Shown here: positions 39,283 through 50,657 of the stretch, one piece after another | How positions within the stretch are numbered: position 1 is the first letter of the stretch | Layout: every line of letters starts with the position of its first letter | Source of the DNA: a virus | Lineage: Duplodnaviria; Heunggongvirae; Uroviricota; Caudoviricetes | IMG/VR virus record: IMGVR_UViG_3300008987_000001 | DNA length: 64,000 nt | Direction: 5' to 3' (one strand) | The notes under the pieces: model-generated | What the model was told of the DNA's origin: nothing | Database searches by the model: none | The model's input: only the letters and a program-made list of their open reading frames with translations | Position numbers and translations under genes: made by a program

Positions 39283-40185
39283 TTAGTTTCTAATGATTGA
39301 CTGTCCTGAAATTTCAGCCAACCCCTTTGACTCACCATGTGTTTGATTCACTGGTTCTTCAAACTCAATAATTGATTCTTTGACTGTTTCGTTGACACGC
39401 TCTGCGCTGATGGTTGTAATGGATTGATTGTCCGTTTCAGCCTCAATCACATCATCAAATGCATCAGCAATACTTGTATATTTAGATACAACTTTTGCAT
39501 GGACTTCTGTTTCATCACCTTTAATTGCTGTACGAATGATCGTATTCATGGTTTCAGATGTATCAAGATTCATTGTGGTTGCGTTCTTATCAAATCCTTT
39601 CTTGGATGTCACAATCTTTGATTGATAGAGGTATCCTTTTTCTGGGATATCAGCAGCACCAGATAGATGTACATCCCCATCGTTGAGTCCTACTTCTGAC
39701 TGGTATGCTCCACCAGCATGTAATATAACACCTGTGCGTCCTTCAAATGACTCACTGTATGGATAGGATCCACTTGTTGCTCCACTTCCAATGGTCAAAT
39801 CTCCCTGATCACACATGTTTTCTGGTTCATTTGGCTGAATATTGATCATACCTGCTGTGTCTTCAGCATTGATCATGTAATCACCAGTAACGGTAGTGAG
39901 TCCTGCAATGTAATTTGATGATGTCTGATCAATCACCACTTCTCTTTCAAGAGTTGTATGTCCTGATGTCAACACACTTGCCTGACTTCCATCATATGTA
40001 TAGGACGTTTGATTATTACCAAATACTGGCCACTGTAATCCATCTCCAGATGTTTCCAATGATGTAGCATGACTATAGGTTAATGAACCTGATGCTGATA
40101 CATCTATGGTGGTGGTTGATACAGCAGGAGCAGTTCCTACCAGTATACAAATAATAATTATGCAAAAAATAAATTTCCGGATCAT
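39283..40185 (-). CDS. Secreted/structural protein with N-terminal signal peptide, Ser/Thr-rich
   Basis: MIRKFIFCIIIICILVGTAPAVSTT signal-like N-terminus. Confidence 0.35.
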   Translation of the reverse strand: MIRKFIFCIIIICILVGTAPAVSTTTIDVSASGSLTYSHATSLETSGDGLQWPVFGNNQTSYTYDGSQASVLTSGHTTLEREVVIDQTSSNYIAGLTTVTGDYMINAEDTAGMINIQPNEPENMCDQGDLTIGSGATSGSYPYSESFEGRTGVILHAGGAYQSEVGLNDGDVHLSGAADIPEKGYLYQSKIVTSKKGFDKNATTMNLDTSETMNTIIRTAIKGDETEVHAKVVSKYTSIADAFDDVIEAETDNQSITTISAERVNETVKESIIEFEEPVNQTHGESKGLAEISGQSIIRN

Positions 40186-41147
40186 ATGATCACTTACTTA
40201 AGAAGTTGCACATATTTTTAATCTTACGAATTGCCCGAGTATGGATTGCTGCAGATTCTTTCTTCTTCTTTTCCCAAGCCTTCATGAAGTCTGGATTATC
40301 CTCGATCATTTTACCAGTCATAGCGTCATATATACAACACACTAGTATATAATGATTATGTGATCCAATATAGTATAATCATTCCTAATATGGATAAACT
40401 ATGTTATCCAATTTGTAACTACATTATATCGCTGCGTTCTGATTTGCATATAACTTGTACACTTCTTACACCTGCCTTTTATACGAATCATACCTTCATC
40501 ATGGAGTGGTTCAAAATCAATAGGAATGTATCCATCACAAAATGAACAGCGAGTATAGATACAATTCCCATCACGTTCAAGAACAATCTTATGCATGACC
40601 TCTCCAATGTGCTAATGTCGCTACATTAAAGTTACATTCATGAAACTTATCATATAATGCACCCTGTTCTTCCATGAGTTTAAACCACTCAAGCATTTCC
40701 ATAACCTCTATATCACGCGAAGATACCGCATCACAATAATTTACTTTCCACATATTACACAACCTTTATTAAACTCCCAATTATCAGGGGGCATGATCTT
40801 GGAAATGTTGTAACTTCACTGATGTCCCGATAATGGAGATCTGTATCAAGTACACCACAGTGAAATATACTTGAATTCTTTCTCTGATGTTCCAAACATG
40901 ATACACAATTTTCGATTTCTATTTCAAGAATGCGAGTTTGTTTGAAAGTATTGACATCTAGTTCCATGTGCAACTCATCGGTATTGCACTTATATAAGTC
41001 ACATGGGATCATCAGATCGCAGCAATAATATCCCACTTCATCAACAAATTTCAATCTCTTTTCAAACGCTTCCTGATTAGCAATACAATAAGAATCCTGT
41101 GGTTCAAAGTATCGACAAGTTGAGCACGATGGCATAGTATGATCCAC

Positions 41148-41615
41148 CTACCGATAATCTACCCATACGCATTGAATTGGATAAATTGCATTACTAAATA
41201 CTATAATGGCACTTGGAAATGGTGCAGAGTTTGTATGACCAGAAAATTTCAGTCGTCCTTTCAAGAATCGTATCTGCGCTGCCTTGGACACATAATCAAA
41301 CCAAGAAATTGTCTCTGGTCTTGCTGGAAGTAACATAACAGATGTAACATTGTTGTTTATCCACTCATCATGGGCTTTCTGAATCCATGCTTTTGAATCA
41401 CTATATGGTGGATTTATATAGCAAGTTTCGCCAGTCCATTCTTGTATAAGCCCATTTGTTTCAGACGTATAATACTTATCACATAAATGATTAGTATCAT
41501 CCGCACATGGATCCAAGGTGAATTTAAACTCTGAATTCAATTTAGCATATAATTCTGGGGGCGTACGCCAATCCTGGGCATTACTCGTCATTAATGGTTG
41601 AAGAGTGTCCTTCAT
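41148..41615 (-). CDS. Phage-type DNA N6-adenine methyltransferase (Dam-like, NPPY motif)
   Basis: DWRTPPELYAKLNSEFKFTLDPCA ... YINPPYSD. Confidence 0.55.
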   Translation of the reverse strand: MKDTLQPLMTSNAQDWRTPPELYAKLNSEFKFTLDPCADDTNHLCDKYYTSETNGLIQEWTGETCYINPPYSDSKAWIQKAHDEWINNNVTSVMLLPARPETISWFDYVSKAAQIRFLKGRLKFSGHTNSAPFPSAIIVFSNAIYPIQCVWVDYR

Positions 41616-43218
41616 CAGTATATGTATACAACTGATGGTATAAAATAGGTGGGTTAGTTAGAATCTTCTTCTTTGATCCAACGTGACAAACTAACTTGCT
41701 GATCGGTTGTAAAAAGTTCTGGTAAATAATCAATTAAACTCTTCTGCATATTAGATCACATCATCCATTCTAAATACTTCATCTTCTGGTAACTCACAGA
41801 ATGCTGCAATATCACGATCACTTTCGAATTTACAGTCGTGCCCGTTCGAGTTGAATATTCGCTTTGGTGGATCAAAGTACTTACAATACATGGGGCTCCC
41901 AAGTGAACGACCTCCACTATGATATGGGCACTCATGGCATGAATCGAAAGTCTTGATCATTGCAACACGTTTCATTGCCCACCATTCAATCTTATGCACC
42001 CATTATCTTTCCAAGCACCACAACGATACTCGCATTTAATTTTACTTGGGAGTAATATCATGTAGCCATTCTCACACCCAATGAAATACGGGTTACTTGG
42101 CATGTATGGACAGATAAATATCTCACTCGCCATGCATTGCTCCTTTGATCCATTTGGTTCTATACAATGATTGCAGATACATTTCAACCACTTCAATATG
42201 TATGTCAAAATCGTCAATGGATACATCATCATGCAATATTTCCAGTAATAATTGTTTATTCCATTCAATGTTCTCAAACATCTTCTTCATTACATTACTT
42301 CGATTCATAAATATCTCCTAATATATGATAGCCACTCTGGTAATTGTATATTTACGTTGTTCTTGGATTTACCCAATTGTAGTCCAAGATAGAACCCAAC
42401 TGCCATGAAAAGTAGTGATAGAATAACCATCATGATGAACCTACTTTATATCCAAGTATAATACCAAGCACAAATGATCCCATCAATACAATCACAATCC
42501 ACCACATGTTATGACCTTTGGTTGAGCATCCCTACAACAAATGTCACTATCACAATGAATGTCGGGAATATCAATTGCCAATACTCCATATTGAGATTCA
42601 TCCATGCATTTACTATAAACATCGCACACTGAATGTATAATAATATGAACATGGGCCCACCACTTGCAGTAGCAGAATTGTTCGTATTATATACATAGGA
42701 GACTGCTGGAACAACTTCTTCAGTCATCAGAATAAGTGGATCTGATAAGTATATAAATAATTCGACAAAAAATAGTTATGCGGTTGCCTGTTCTGGCTCA
42801 ACCACTTCAATGGTATTCAGATCTGCTGCTTGATCTTCGCCCTCTTTCATGAGGCCAATGCGAAGTTCTTCAAGTTTATCAACCATTGACTTCATCTGAT
42901 TATCGGTAATGGCTTGCATCATGGCAATGGATCTATAGTATTCAAGTTCCATGTCCTTCTTTTTCTGTGCATCGGTTACCGACTCCAGATCCTGAATAGA
43001 AGTAAAAAGGTAGTTCATACACGTTAACAGAGCGAGGCCCTCTTCGTTGTTAAATTCAATAGATACCAATACAATTCACCTATTTGATAAGTAGTGTAGT
43101 CTTTGTGTGTATATAAAGGTTATGGATGATATCATATCAAGTGGTATAATATTATGATATAAGCATCAACAATATATTTTCTTTTTAAACTAAAGATATA
43201 TCTGTGACCTAATGATAT

Positions 43219-44007
43219 TTATCCCACTCGATAGTTTACCAACCCATTATATTCAGCAATCTCTTCAAGAGTACAAATGGTGCAGAAATTAGTTGAATAT
43301 CCTACTTGAAAGGTATCAACATCGATTCCACACAGTGGTTTGAATTCCCCGGTTTCAAGTGCATTTTTAATTTTGTCAATTCTCCTTTGGATTGTAGATT
43401 TCCTTGATGGATTAAATGATACAACACGCTGAAGTCTTGGATTAATCACTGTGTATATCCGTTTATACGGCTTGAGCACTTCTATACTATCAAGTAGTAT
43501 ATCATAGAATCCAAACTCCAATTGTAATTTTGATTTGTTTATGCTTTTAGTTGTCTTATACTCGATAACATTTATGGTATCTTCATCTAATATGTCAATC
43601 CTATCGATGATACCACGCAGTTGATTCCCATAATCAATAATTTGGTATTCAGTAGCAATTGGTGACCAGAATTCAGGTGATTTGTTGTATCGTTCAATCT
43701 CCAGATTTATTGTCCACTCAAGCATTGGTCGTTCTTCTTCAATGAAATCCGGATGAATAAATGACATCCACTTATCAGTTGGATACTCGTGCGCAACTTG
43801 CATAAATATTTCAAAGAATCGATGATACCGTGACCCAACACTTGATGCATGGGACGTCTCGTATGGTAGGCACTTATCAACATACTGCTTGCGATACTTG
43901 ATTTCACAAAAATCCATCAGAACTAGGCGTGATTTACTCAAATGATCAGAAGAGTTGGCCCAATCTTCTTCAGTAAAAATAGGGAGTTCTATAATTGGTC
44001 TACTCAT
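43219..44007 (-). CDS. Cas4/RecB-like PD-(D/E)xK nuclease with C-terminal Cys cluster
   Basis: IDRIDIL ... VIEYKTTKS (D ... ExK) and C-terminal C-x7-C-x2-C. Confidence 0.5.
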   Translation of the reverse strand: MSRPIIELPIFTEEDWANSSDHLSKSRLVLMDFCEIKYRKQYVDKCLPYETSHASSVGSRYHRFFEIFMQVAHEYPTDKWMSFIHPDFIEEERPMLEWTINLEIERYNKSPEFWSPIATEYQIIDYGNQLRGIIDRIDILDEDTINVIEYKTTKSINKSKLQLEFGFYDILLDSIEVLKPYKRIYTVINPRLQRVVSFNPSRKSTIQRRIDKIKNALETGEFKPLCGIDVDTFQVGYSTNFCTICTLEEIAEYNGLVNYRVG

Positions 44008-44009
44008 AC

Positions 44010-44861
44010 TTATACTTCAGCAATGACATCCCTGGCACGCTTTCCAGTGATATTGTATACACCATCAGGATACTTATCAGGGATCTTGGAGCCTTCGACC
44101 TTCGCAATAAAGACCTTCTTGTTGTTCTCGAATTTTGATTCTGCGTGTATTACCACATCAGTCTCCTCCATGACACTACCAATCCACTTTGGCACATCGA
44201 CCTTCTTAGTTACGGTCCCATCATTATCAATGATCTCATCCTTGGTAGAGTACATTGTATAGATAACACCTTTCTTTGCAATATCCATAGCCTTCATATG
44301 GATGTCATCTATGTACTGCCTACGTTCTCTCCACAGTGATCGGTTTGCAATGCCTTGATATGGCTTGAGGTTGTTCTTGGAACGCATTACAAGTTCCATG
44401 ATACCACTCATAACTTCAGTGCCATCGAACATAACCCAGTCTGGTGCAAACTTACTTCTTGACTGCTCAAGGATCGATAGAATGAATGCATGAGTCACAG
44501 CACTACTCTCAAGGTATCGCTGTTCATTAGACTTGTCAAGATACTTGATTGCATTAATAACCTTAATCTCAAGATTCCCAGCCTTCACATACGTTGCATC
44601 CTTTGGTCGTGTACTCTTGTTATCAAAGGAGAATACAAGGATCTTATCACCTTTATGTGGAATACCATAGGAGATGGTCGTCTTCCCATCATTCTTGTGA
44701 CCATAGATAGTGAAGATCTCCTTCTTCTCACCAACATCCTCTGCCTCATCAAAGTCAAATGAGTAATCAGAGGAAGAATCAACATCATTACTTTCTAACT
44801 GTACGTCAGGTTTAAATTGTTCTACAACTGCTTCAGGTTCTTCCCAAGTCAAAAAGATCAA
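44010..44861 (-). CDS. P-loop ATPase (RecA/Sak4-like?)
   Basis: Walker A GHKNDGKTT after an acidic N-terminus. Confidence 0.4.
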   Translation of the reverse strand: MIFLTWEEPEAVVEQFKPDVQLESNDVDSSSDYSFDFDEAEDVGEKKEIFTIYGHKNDGKTTISYGIPHKGDKILVFSFDNKSTRPKDATYVKAGNLEIKVINAIKYLDKSNEQRYLESSAVTHAFILSILEQSRSKFAPDWVMFDGTEVMSGIMELVMRSKNNLKPYQGIANRSLWRERRQYIDDIHMKAMDIAKKGVIYTMYSTKDEIIDNDGTVTKKVDVPKWIGSVMEETDVVIHAESKFENNKKVFIAKVEGSKIPDKYPDGVYNITGKRARDVIAEV

Positions 44862-44973
44862 CTCTCGATAGTTTTTTAGACATAAATGTAGGTTTTACAA
44901 TTATATATAAGTAATGGGTGGGTAAATATAGCAAATGAAATCATATATATCTTAATAAAATAAATATACCCCT

Positions 44974-45384
44974 ATGTATTACGGATACTGTGACGGTGGT
45001 AGCCAATGTAGCAATACACATGCTGCCTGTGCATGGATCATAACTGATGAGAATGAAAAGGTGCTCCATAGCAATTCTACTTATTTAGGGGGCGTTTCAT
45101 CGAATGCCGCAGAATATCATGCATTGATACTGTTATTAACTTCTGCGTGGGCTGGTGGTATCAAAGAACTAACTGTCTATCAGGACTCTGAATTGGTATC
45201 ACGCCAAATGACTGGTCAGTATCAGGTAAAGGCTGAACATCTCAAACCATTATATGCAACAGCAAAGCATCTCGCCAATCAATTCGACACCATTGTATTC
45301 AAGAATGTACCACGAGAACACCACATAATCAGTAAATGTGACGCATTATGTAATGTGGTAATAATGTTATATAAAAAAGAATAA
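44974..45384 (+). CDS. rnhA: Ribonuclease H (type 1)
   Basis: CDGGS ... SNAAEYHAL ... YQDSELV ... KCDALCN motif series (D-E-D-D). Confidence 0.6.
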   Translation: MYYGYCDGGSQCSNTHAACAWIITDENEKVLHSNSTYLGGVSSNAAEYHALILLLTSAWAGGIKELTVYQDSELVSRQMTGQYQVKAEHLKPLYATAKHLANQFDTIVFKNVPREHHIISKCDALCNVVIMLYKKE

Positions 45385-46330
45385 TTCTTTATTTTTCTTG
45401 GGTTACTTTAATTGGTGGTTTAACTTCTTTTGGTGACTCAACTTCTTTTTTTTCTTCCCAATTTGATGCACACCAATGATCTTGTGGAAAACCATCCCAC
45501 CATTCTGATGGATCACGTGGAATTGCCGTGCACCTAAAACGTCTTACATTTCCACCCATGAAACAGTGGATACAATTCCCACAATTTTTCTCTCTCTTAA
45601 CTACTGCCATAAGTTGCATTGCGTGAAAATTTACAATATAAAAAAGGGATGTATGCTTTTAGTATCTAGGCATTATATTAACGTATGTTCCGTTGATCCA
45701 TACGCGATGCCATTCACTGTTACTAAACCGTTTGATCTTGTTTACCATCTCATTATGTTCATGGATATCTGTAGTTTTACCTTCACGTACCCACCGATTA
45801 TCAAGATCACGCTTCTTGAATACTACAGTTCTAGTCGTATCATCATCCATTGGGGTATGAATAACAACAGTATCAACCCCAGTAATTTCAACATTATCGA
45901 GTTTCATAATAAGCACGCCTTTGTTATAATAATTACTCTTTCTGCATTAAGTAGTCTGGTAACATCTCATACAATTGGAATACATTCATGTGGTACATTT
46001 CAGCAACAGAACGAAAAGATAGGGCAAGATTTTTTAACTCAATATCGAGTTCGTTAAATCGTCCCATAGTTACATACTCACGCTGTTGTGCTTGAAGTCA
46101 TAGATTATTGCCTTTGCGATATCAATCACGCAATACATGAATACTGCTCCAACAATTGCTGACCACATACTAAATCCTTCAGCCTTGTCAATCATCGCAG
46201 CGAGAAGGATAGACATCATAATTCCTGTTCCGGACAGGATAGTTGTTAGTTCCATACAAATAATGGGTTGTATAAGTATATAATAATAGTGTATAACACA
46301 TATTATGTATCAATCTATAAAATGGTGGGT

Positions 46331-47500
46331 TTAAATGAGGCCCTTTGCACGGAGCCGTTCCATGACCTTATCATGCTCACTGTCGAATGCCTTGATAACA
46401 CCCCACAACTCATAGTATGGGACCATGATCTTGTTACCATCTTCATCGAGCACTGGATTCTTATTGTTATCGGTCTTTGCGAATGACTTCTTACATCCAA
46501 CTACAATAACATCATCACCAGTCTGAATGTTATCAGAGATGTATGCCACGGTATTCTCATAGGAACTTCCAAGGTTGATACCATTCACAACATCAACATT
46601 CCCAATACGAAGTTTGGCCTTCAGATATTTGTTCCCGCTGTATGAAGTCTGTTCATTAATGTCAACCTTCTGAACATTTCCAGAGGTAATGAACTTGGTG
46701 TACACATTCTTACGATTCCCATCAACAACCTCGATCACCGGAGTAGATACAACCTCTATGAGATCCATCCATAGATCTGTGGAAGGGAGCACTCTCATGG
46801 CCACATCATATGACTTCTGATAGATATCATTGCCTTCGTATGCATCCTTACTCACGGTAAAGTACTCACCATTTTCACGACCATACACAGTTGACTTCTT
46901 TCCAATGTCAGGATGATTTACAATCTCTTTGTCCCACGACATAGAGGCCATCTTGAACTCTGCCTTTGCATCACCATTAATTCCAGTAATGATCATTGGG
47001 ATTGAAACTTTAAATGCATCAGGGATATCCTTACCAAAGTTTGGATTTGCTTCCTCTACATTGTTTCCATCCTTGTCCTTACGCTTGATCATTGGTTCGT
47101 TATCAAGGGGGATTGGATACACATTACCATTCTTGCTGGTTGCTTCCCGAACTTTGCTAGCCTTTACTGCACCCTTTGGATCCTTCTTATATTCTTCACG
47201 AAGTTGCCATTTCTTATATGAGTTTCTATCATCTGGTGGACTGACTCCAAGGATAATTGCATTAACCGTGCTGATGAGTCCCTTTTCAGCCTGGTCCTTT
47301 GCATAAGCAAGCCCACTTAATCTAAACAGTTTTCCAATGTTATTCCCAACAATCTTCTCGACTTCAGCATCAATTTCATCTGCTTCATATATACCAGTGA
47401 GTTCAGCCTTAACTTCGGCGGCAAATTTCTCCACCTTTGCCTTGACTTCGGATGGATCTTTCTTTAGTTTTTCTGCTAATTTATCGTAATCAAATGCCAT
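46331..47500 (-). CDS. Hypothetical protein (389 aa), possibly structural or ssDNA-binding
   Basis: Long ORF with an acidic coiled N-terminus. No firm motif. Confidence 0.3.
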   Translation of the reverse strand: MAFDYDKLAEKLKKDPSEVKAKVEKFAAEVKAELTGIYEADEIDAEVEKIVGNNIGKLFRLSGLAYAKDQAEKGLISTVNAIILGVSPPDDRNSYKKWQLREEYKKDPKGAVKASKVREATSKNGNVYPIPLDNEPMIKRKDKDGNNVEEANPNFGKDIPDAFKVSIPMIITGINGDAKAEFKMASMSWDKEIVNHPDIGKKSTVYGRENGEYFTVSKDAYEGNDIYQKSYDVAMRVLPSTDLWMDLIEVVSTPVIEVVDGNRKNVYTKFITSGNVQKVDINEQTSYSGNKYLKAKLRIGNVDVVNGINLGSSYENTVAYISDNIQTGDDVIVVGCKKSFAKTDNNKNPVLDEDGNKIMVPYYELWGVIKAFDSEHDKVMERLRAKGLI

Positions 47501-47834
47501 GGTAGGTTACCTACTAGTTTTTTGTGGACCCAATAAGGTGAGTTACCATTGTATATAAGTATTGCGGGAGAATATCCGCTATTAAAATCAAAAAAGAGGT
47601 CAGGTAATTAAACCTTGTGATCAACTGCATACCAATCGCATGCTGGTCGCCGTGCTCTACATATCACCTCATGCTTATCACAATAAATAATTGGCTCTAA
47701 ATCATCATCACATGTATACAATTTCATATGCAACTCATGAGCAAACTTACATTGGTCACATACAACATCATTAAATAAGAACACATGAGTAATACCACCT
47801 ACTGTCAAAATCTTACCACTTGACATTTTTCCAC

Positions 47835-48257
47835 CTACTTATCAATCCTGATTTTGAGTCCATCTTTTTTGAGTTGTTCTGCCTGAGTTAAGGCATCATA
47901 TACTCCATTAGGATTCGGATACTCTGGGATCACATATTTACATGATCGTTTTATATAATAAGATTTGTTGTGCTTCTTATATCTGAACACCTTATGTTCC
48001 TGTAAAGTAAGGATCTCGTATAGATAGTGACGGGCCAAGTGTCGTGAAATACTGAATACATCCACAAAATCAGTAGTTTGATACACTCCATCTTCTACCC
48101 ATTCCTCGTTATAAAACTTGATAAACTTGTGATAAAGTGATGGTGCATAATGTATACAAGTTGGTTGAACTATTTCGGTAATTGCTTTGCGCTTCCTCTT
48201 GCACATATCATCTTCCCGAAATTTACATATCTCACAATTCTTTTCAGACGCACTCAT
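47835..48257 (-). CDS. Cys-rich zinc-binding protein
   Basis: CEICKF ... CIHY and further Cys/His clusters. Confidence 0.3.
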   Translation of the reverse strand: MSASEKNCEICKFREDDMCKRKRKAITEIVQPTCIHYAPSLYHKFIKFYNEEWVEDGVYQTTDFVDVFSISRHLARHYLYEILTLQEHKVFRYKKHNKSYYIKRSCKYVIPEYPNPNGVYDALTQAEQLKKDGLKIRIDK

Positions 48258-48335
48258 TATTATATAGGATGTTATTCAACTATATAAAGGTTTATATATA
48301 CACACAAATTATATATAACATTAGGAACATATCTT

Positions 48336-48403
48336 ATGGTCCCCCCAAACAACAAGAACACACCAAGGAAGATATTTTCCTTCCTTTGTTTTTGTTAAGC
48401 ATC
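48336..48403 (+). repeat. Intergenic structured repeat, copy C
   Basis: TTATGGTCCCCCCAAAC ... AAGGAAG-ATATTTTC-CTTCCTT ... TGTTTTTGTTAAGCATC. Confidence 0.5.
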
Positions 48404-49517
48404 AGGGCTGTTTTTGTTTAAGTGGTTCGCAATTTACGCAGTAATATTCGCCGGCGACAAGGTATATCCGGTCCTCGTTCGTTAATAGTCGTTTACAAGT
48501 TCGACATTTGACGAATGACAGTTTGTCCAGAACCCTCATTAATATATCAATCATTTAAGGAATTCCAATTTTATATAGGCATATTACTAACAATTATATA
48601 TCTATGCTTTTCGTTTTCGTTGTTTGATGTCACGGACCAATTTGCTGTCTATCCAGGTTTTATTGGTGTCATCTGTATAGCATTTGAATCCACGGCTGCA
48701 TACGGTGTGGAAGTAATTGCGCGACACTTCAATGCTTGGAAATTCTGAAAGGAATGCATTATATACTGCGTATTCAACGAGGTGGCGTTCTCCGAGAATT
48801 TCTGACAGATCCATCACAAAGTCGCGGATCTTAACAGACTTGTATCCTATATTGACATATTGTGAGGCTTCCTCGGCTTGCTCCCTATAAAAATCGGCTA
48901 TATTCTCCATGGTATATTATATATAGGGATAACTCTTCCATTATATAAAGTTATCGGATACCAATATATAAAGGTGTGTGAATAGTGTGTGGGTGTGAAT
49001 TGTTATGAAAGGGTTGAATTGATAAAAAAGGATATAGTCTATGTAATTATTGGCACTACATGGCACATATGATCGAGGCCCCAGCGTTTAGATCCATCAG
49101 TGTATTGGTGGACCCGTGCCTTAAATTGGATGTTGGTGCCACTCGGGGTTTCGCGCAGTAACTCTAGGGTGTTCGGGCTAACATCGGTTATATAAGCATG
49201 ATTGGTAATGATACCTTCGATATTGCTCCGAATGTTTTCGACAAGTACGAAGGTCTTGCCTTGTTTATAATGGAGGTTCCCAACTTTGCGGAATCGCCCA
49301 ACGAAGACATTTACACCCTTGAGTTCGGCCAGATTGTCCCGCCGCTTAAATGCCCGGTATTCAACCCCATGGGCCACCGATCCGCATGATGAGAGCACCC
49401 AGTTAAATAATACTCGTCCTCAAGTGTTGATTTGCCGCACTTCGTGCATTTAATGAATGGTAATTGCATAATAGATATAGGGCGGCCACGGATATAAATG
49501 CTACGATATACAATTGA

Positions 49518-49586
49518 GTGCTTGATAAAACAAAGGGAAGGAAGAAGATCCTTACCCATTCGTTCTACTTTGTTGGCACAGTTATA
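49518..49586 (-). repeat. Intergenic structured repeat, copy F (the overlapping ORF 49311-49559 is probably spurious)
   Basis: CTGTGCCAACAAAG ... GGGTAAGGATCTTCTTCCTTCCC ... TTTGTTTTATCAAGCACTC. Confidence 0.45.
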
Positions 49587-50427
49587 TATGTGTTACCTGT
49601 ATATAATTGTTACGTGTTAAGCCAAGTGGATAAATTGTAAACAATAGTCATCTTTGAAGACTCTTGGCCATGGTGGGGGTAACAAATGACATGTGCTGGT
49701 TGATGAGTCATACGCTTCACATAACTGACAACGGCCTGATACTTTAGGAATCTCGGTTATGTGGTTGGATATTCCACCACGTTTAAATATAATCCCAGTT
49801 TCATTGGCATCTATAACACATGAACTTTTAAAGGCCACATCATCTGGGTTATATTGGGGTGGTGGGATTACCTTTTTACGTCTTGTATTACGCCTTGCAT
49901 TATCACAAGTTTTGCAGATCCAATCGTGCTTCTTAAAGTTGCTTGGATAGATGTTGTCTAGTGTAAGTGGTTGCTTACAAACTCTACAATTGTGTGTCAT
50001 GAATAATACTTACCTTACTGTTTTTCTATGAACCATAATGACAATGCATTCCCAACATTGCGAATTTTTTCTGACATTTCACATAATACAAATGGTCTAT
50101 TGTCATATGGATGCGAGTCTTTACCAAATTCTAATGCAATTTCCCATAATTTATCTGCTAATTTTATAAGTTCGTTTACATCATATTGTGTAATATCAGT
50201 ATAATTCATGTATAATACTTGTAATCAGCCTTGAGGAGTTCTTTTGCTAGGAATTTCATAGAGAATGTAACTTGGACCTCTGTTTCATTATAAGTTATGG
50301 TCTCGGTTAGTTCTTTGGATATGATTTCCAGGAGGAATTCTTTGGGGTAGGTATGGGTGGAGTCAAGGCCCCAGATGTTACCAAAGCGGGTTCGTTGTAC
50401 TTTTAGAACTTTCTCTTCATTGTTCAT

Positions 50428-50564
50428 GATGTAGACCTCTTGAGGTATGCAAGGAGTTCATTGTTTTGACGAATGATGTGGTTGTTCTGTTCTATTATGA
50501 GGGCCAATAGATCCTCATCATACTTTGGAGTTTCATTGAATGTGTTATGAGTTGTATATTCCAT
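50428..50564 (-). CDS. Unannotated 46-aa micro-ORF (MEYTTHNTFNETPKYDEDLLALIIEQNNHIIRQNNELLAYLKRSTS) coupled by ATGA to ORF 50206-50427
   Basis: TATA-like boxes at 50566-50578 and 50588-50598 upstream. Stop overlaps the next start. Confidence 0.3.
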
Positions 50565-50657
50565 TTATATATAATTGTGGATGGTAATATATAAAGGTTA
50601 CTTATGATCTAATCAAGATGAAATGTAAGTAAACAATATAAAGAAAGGTTATACTCT

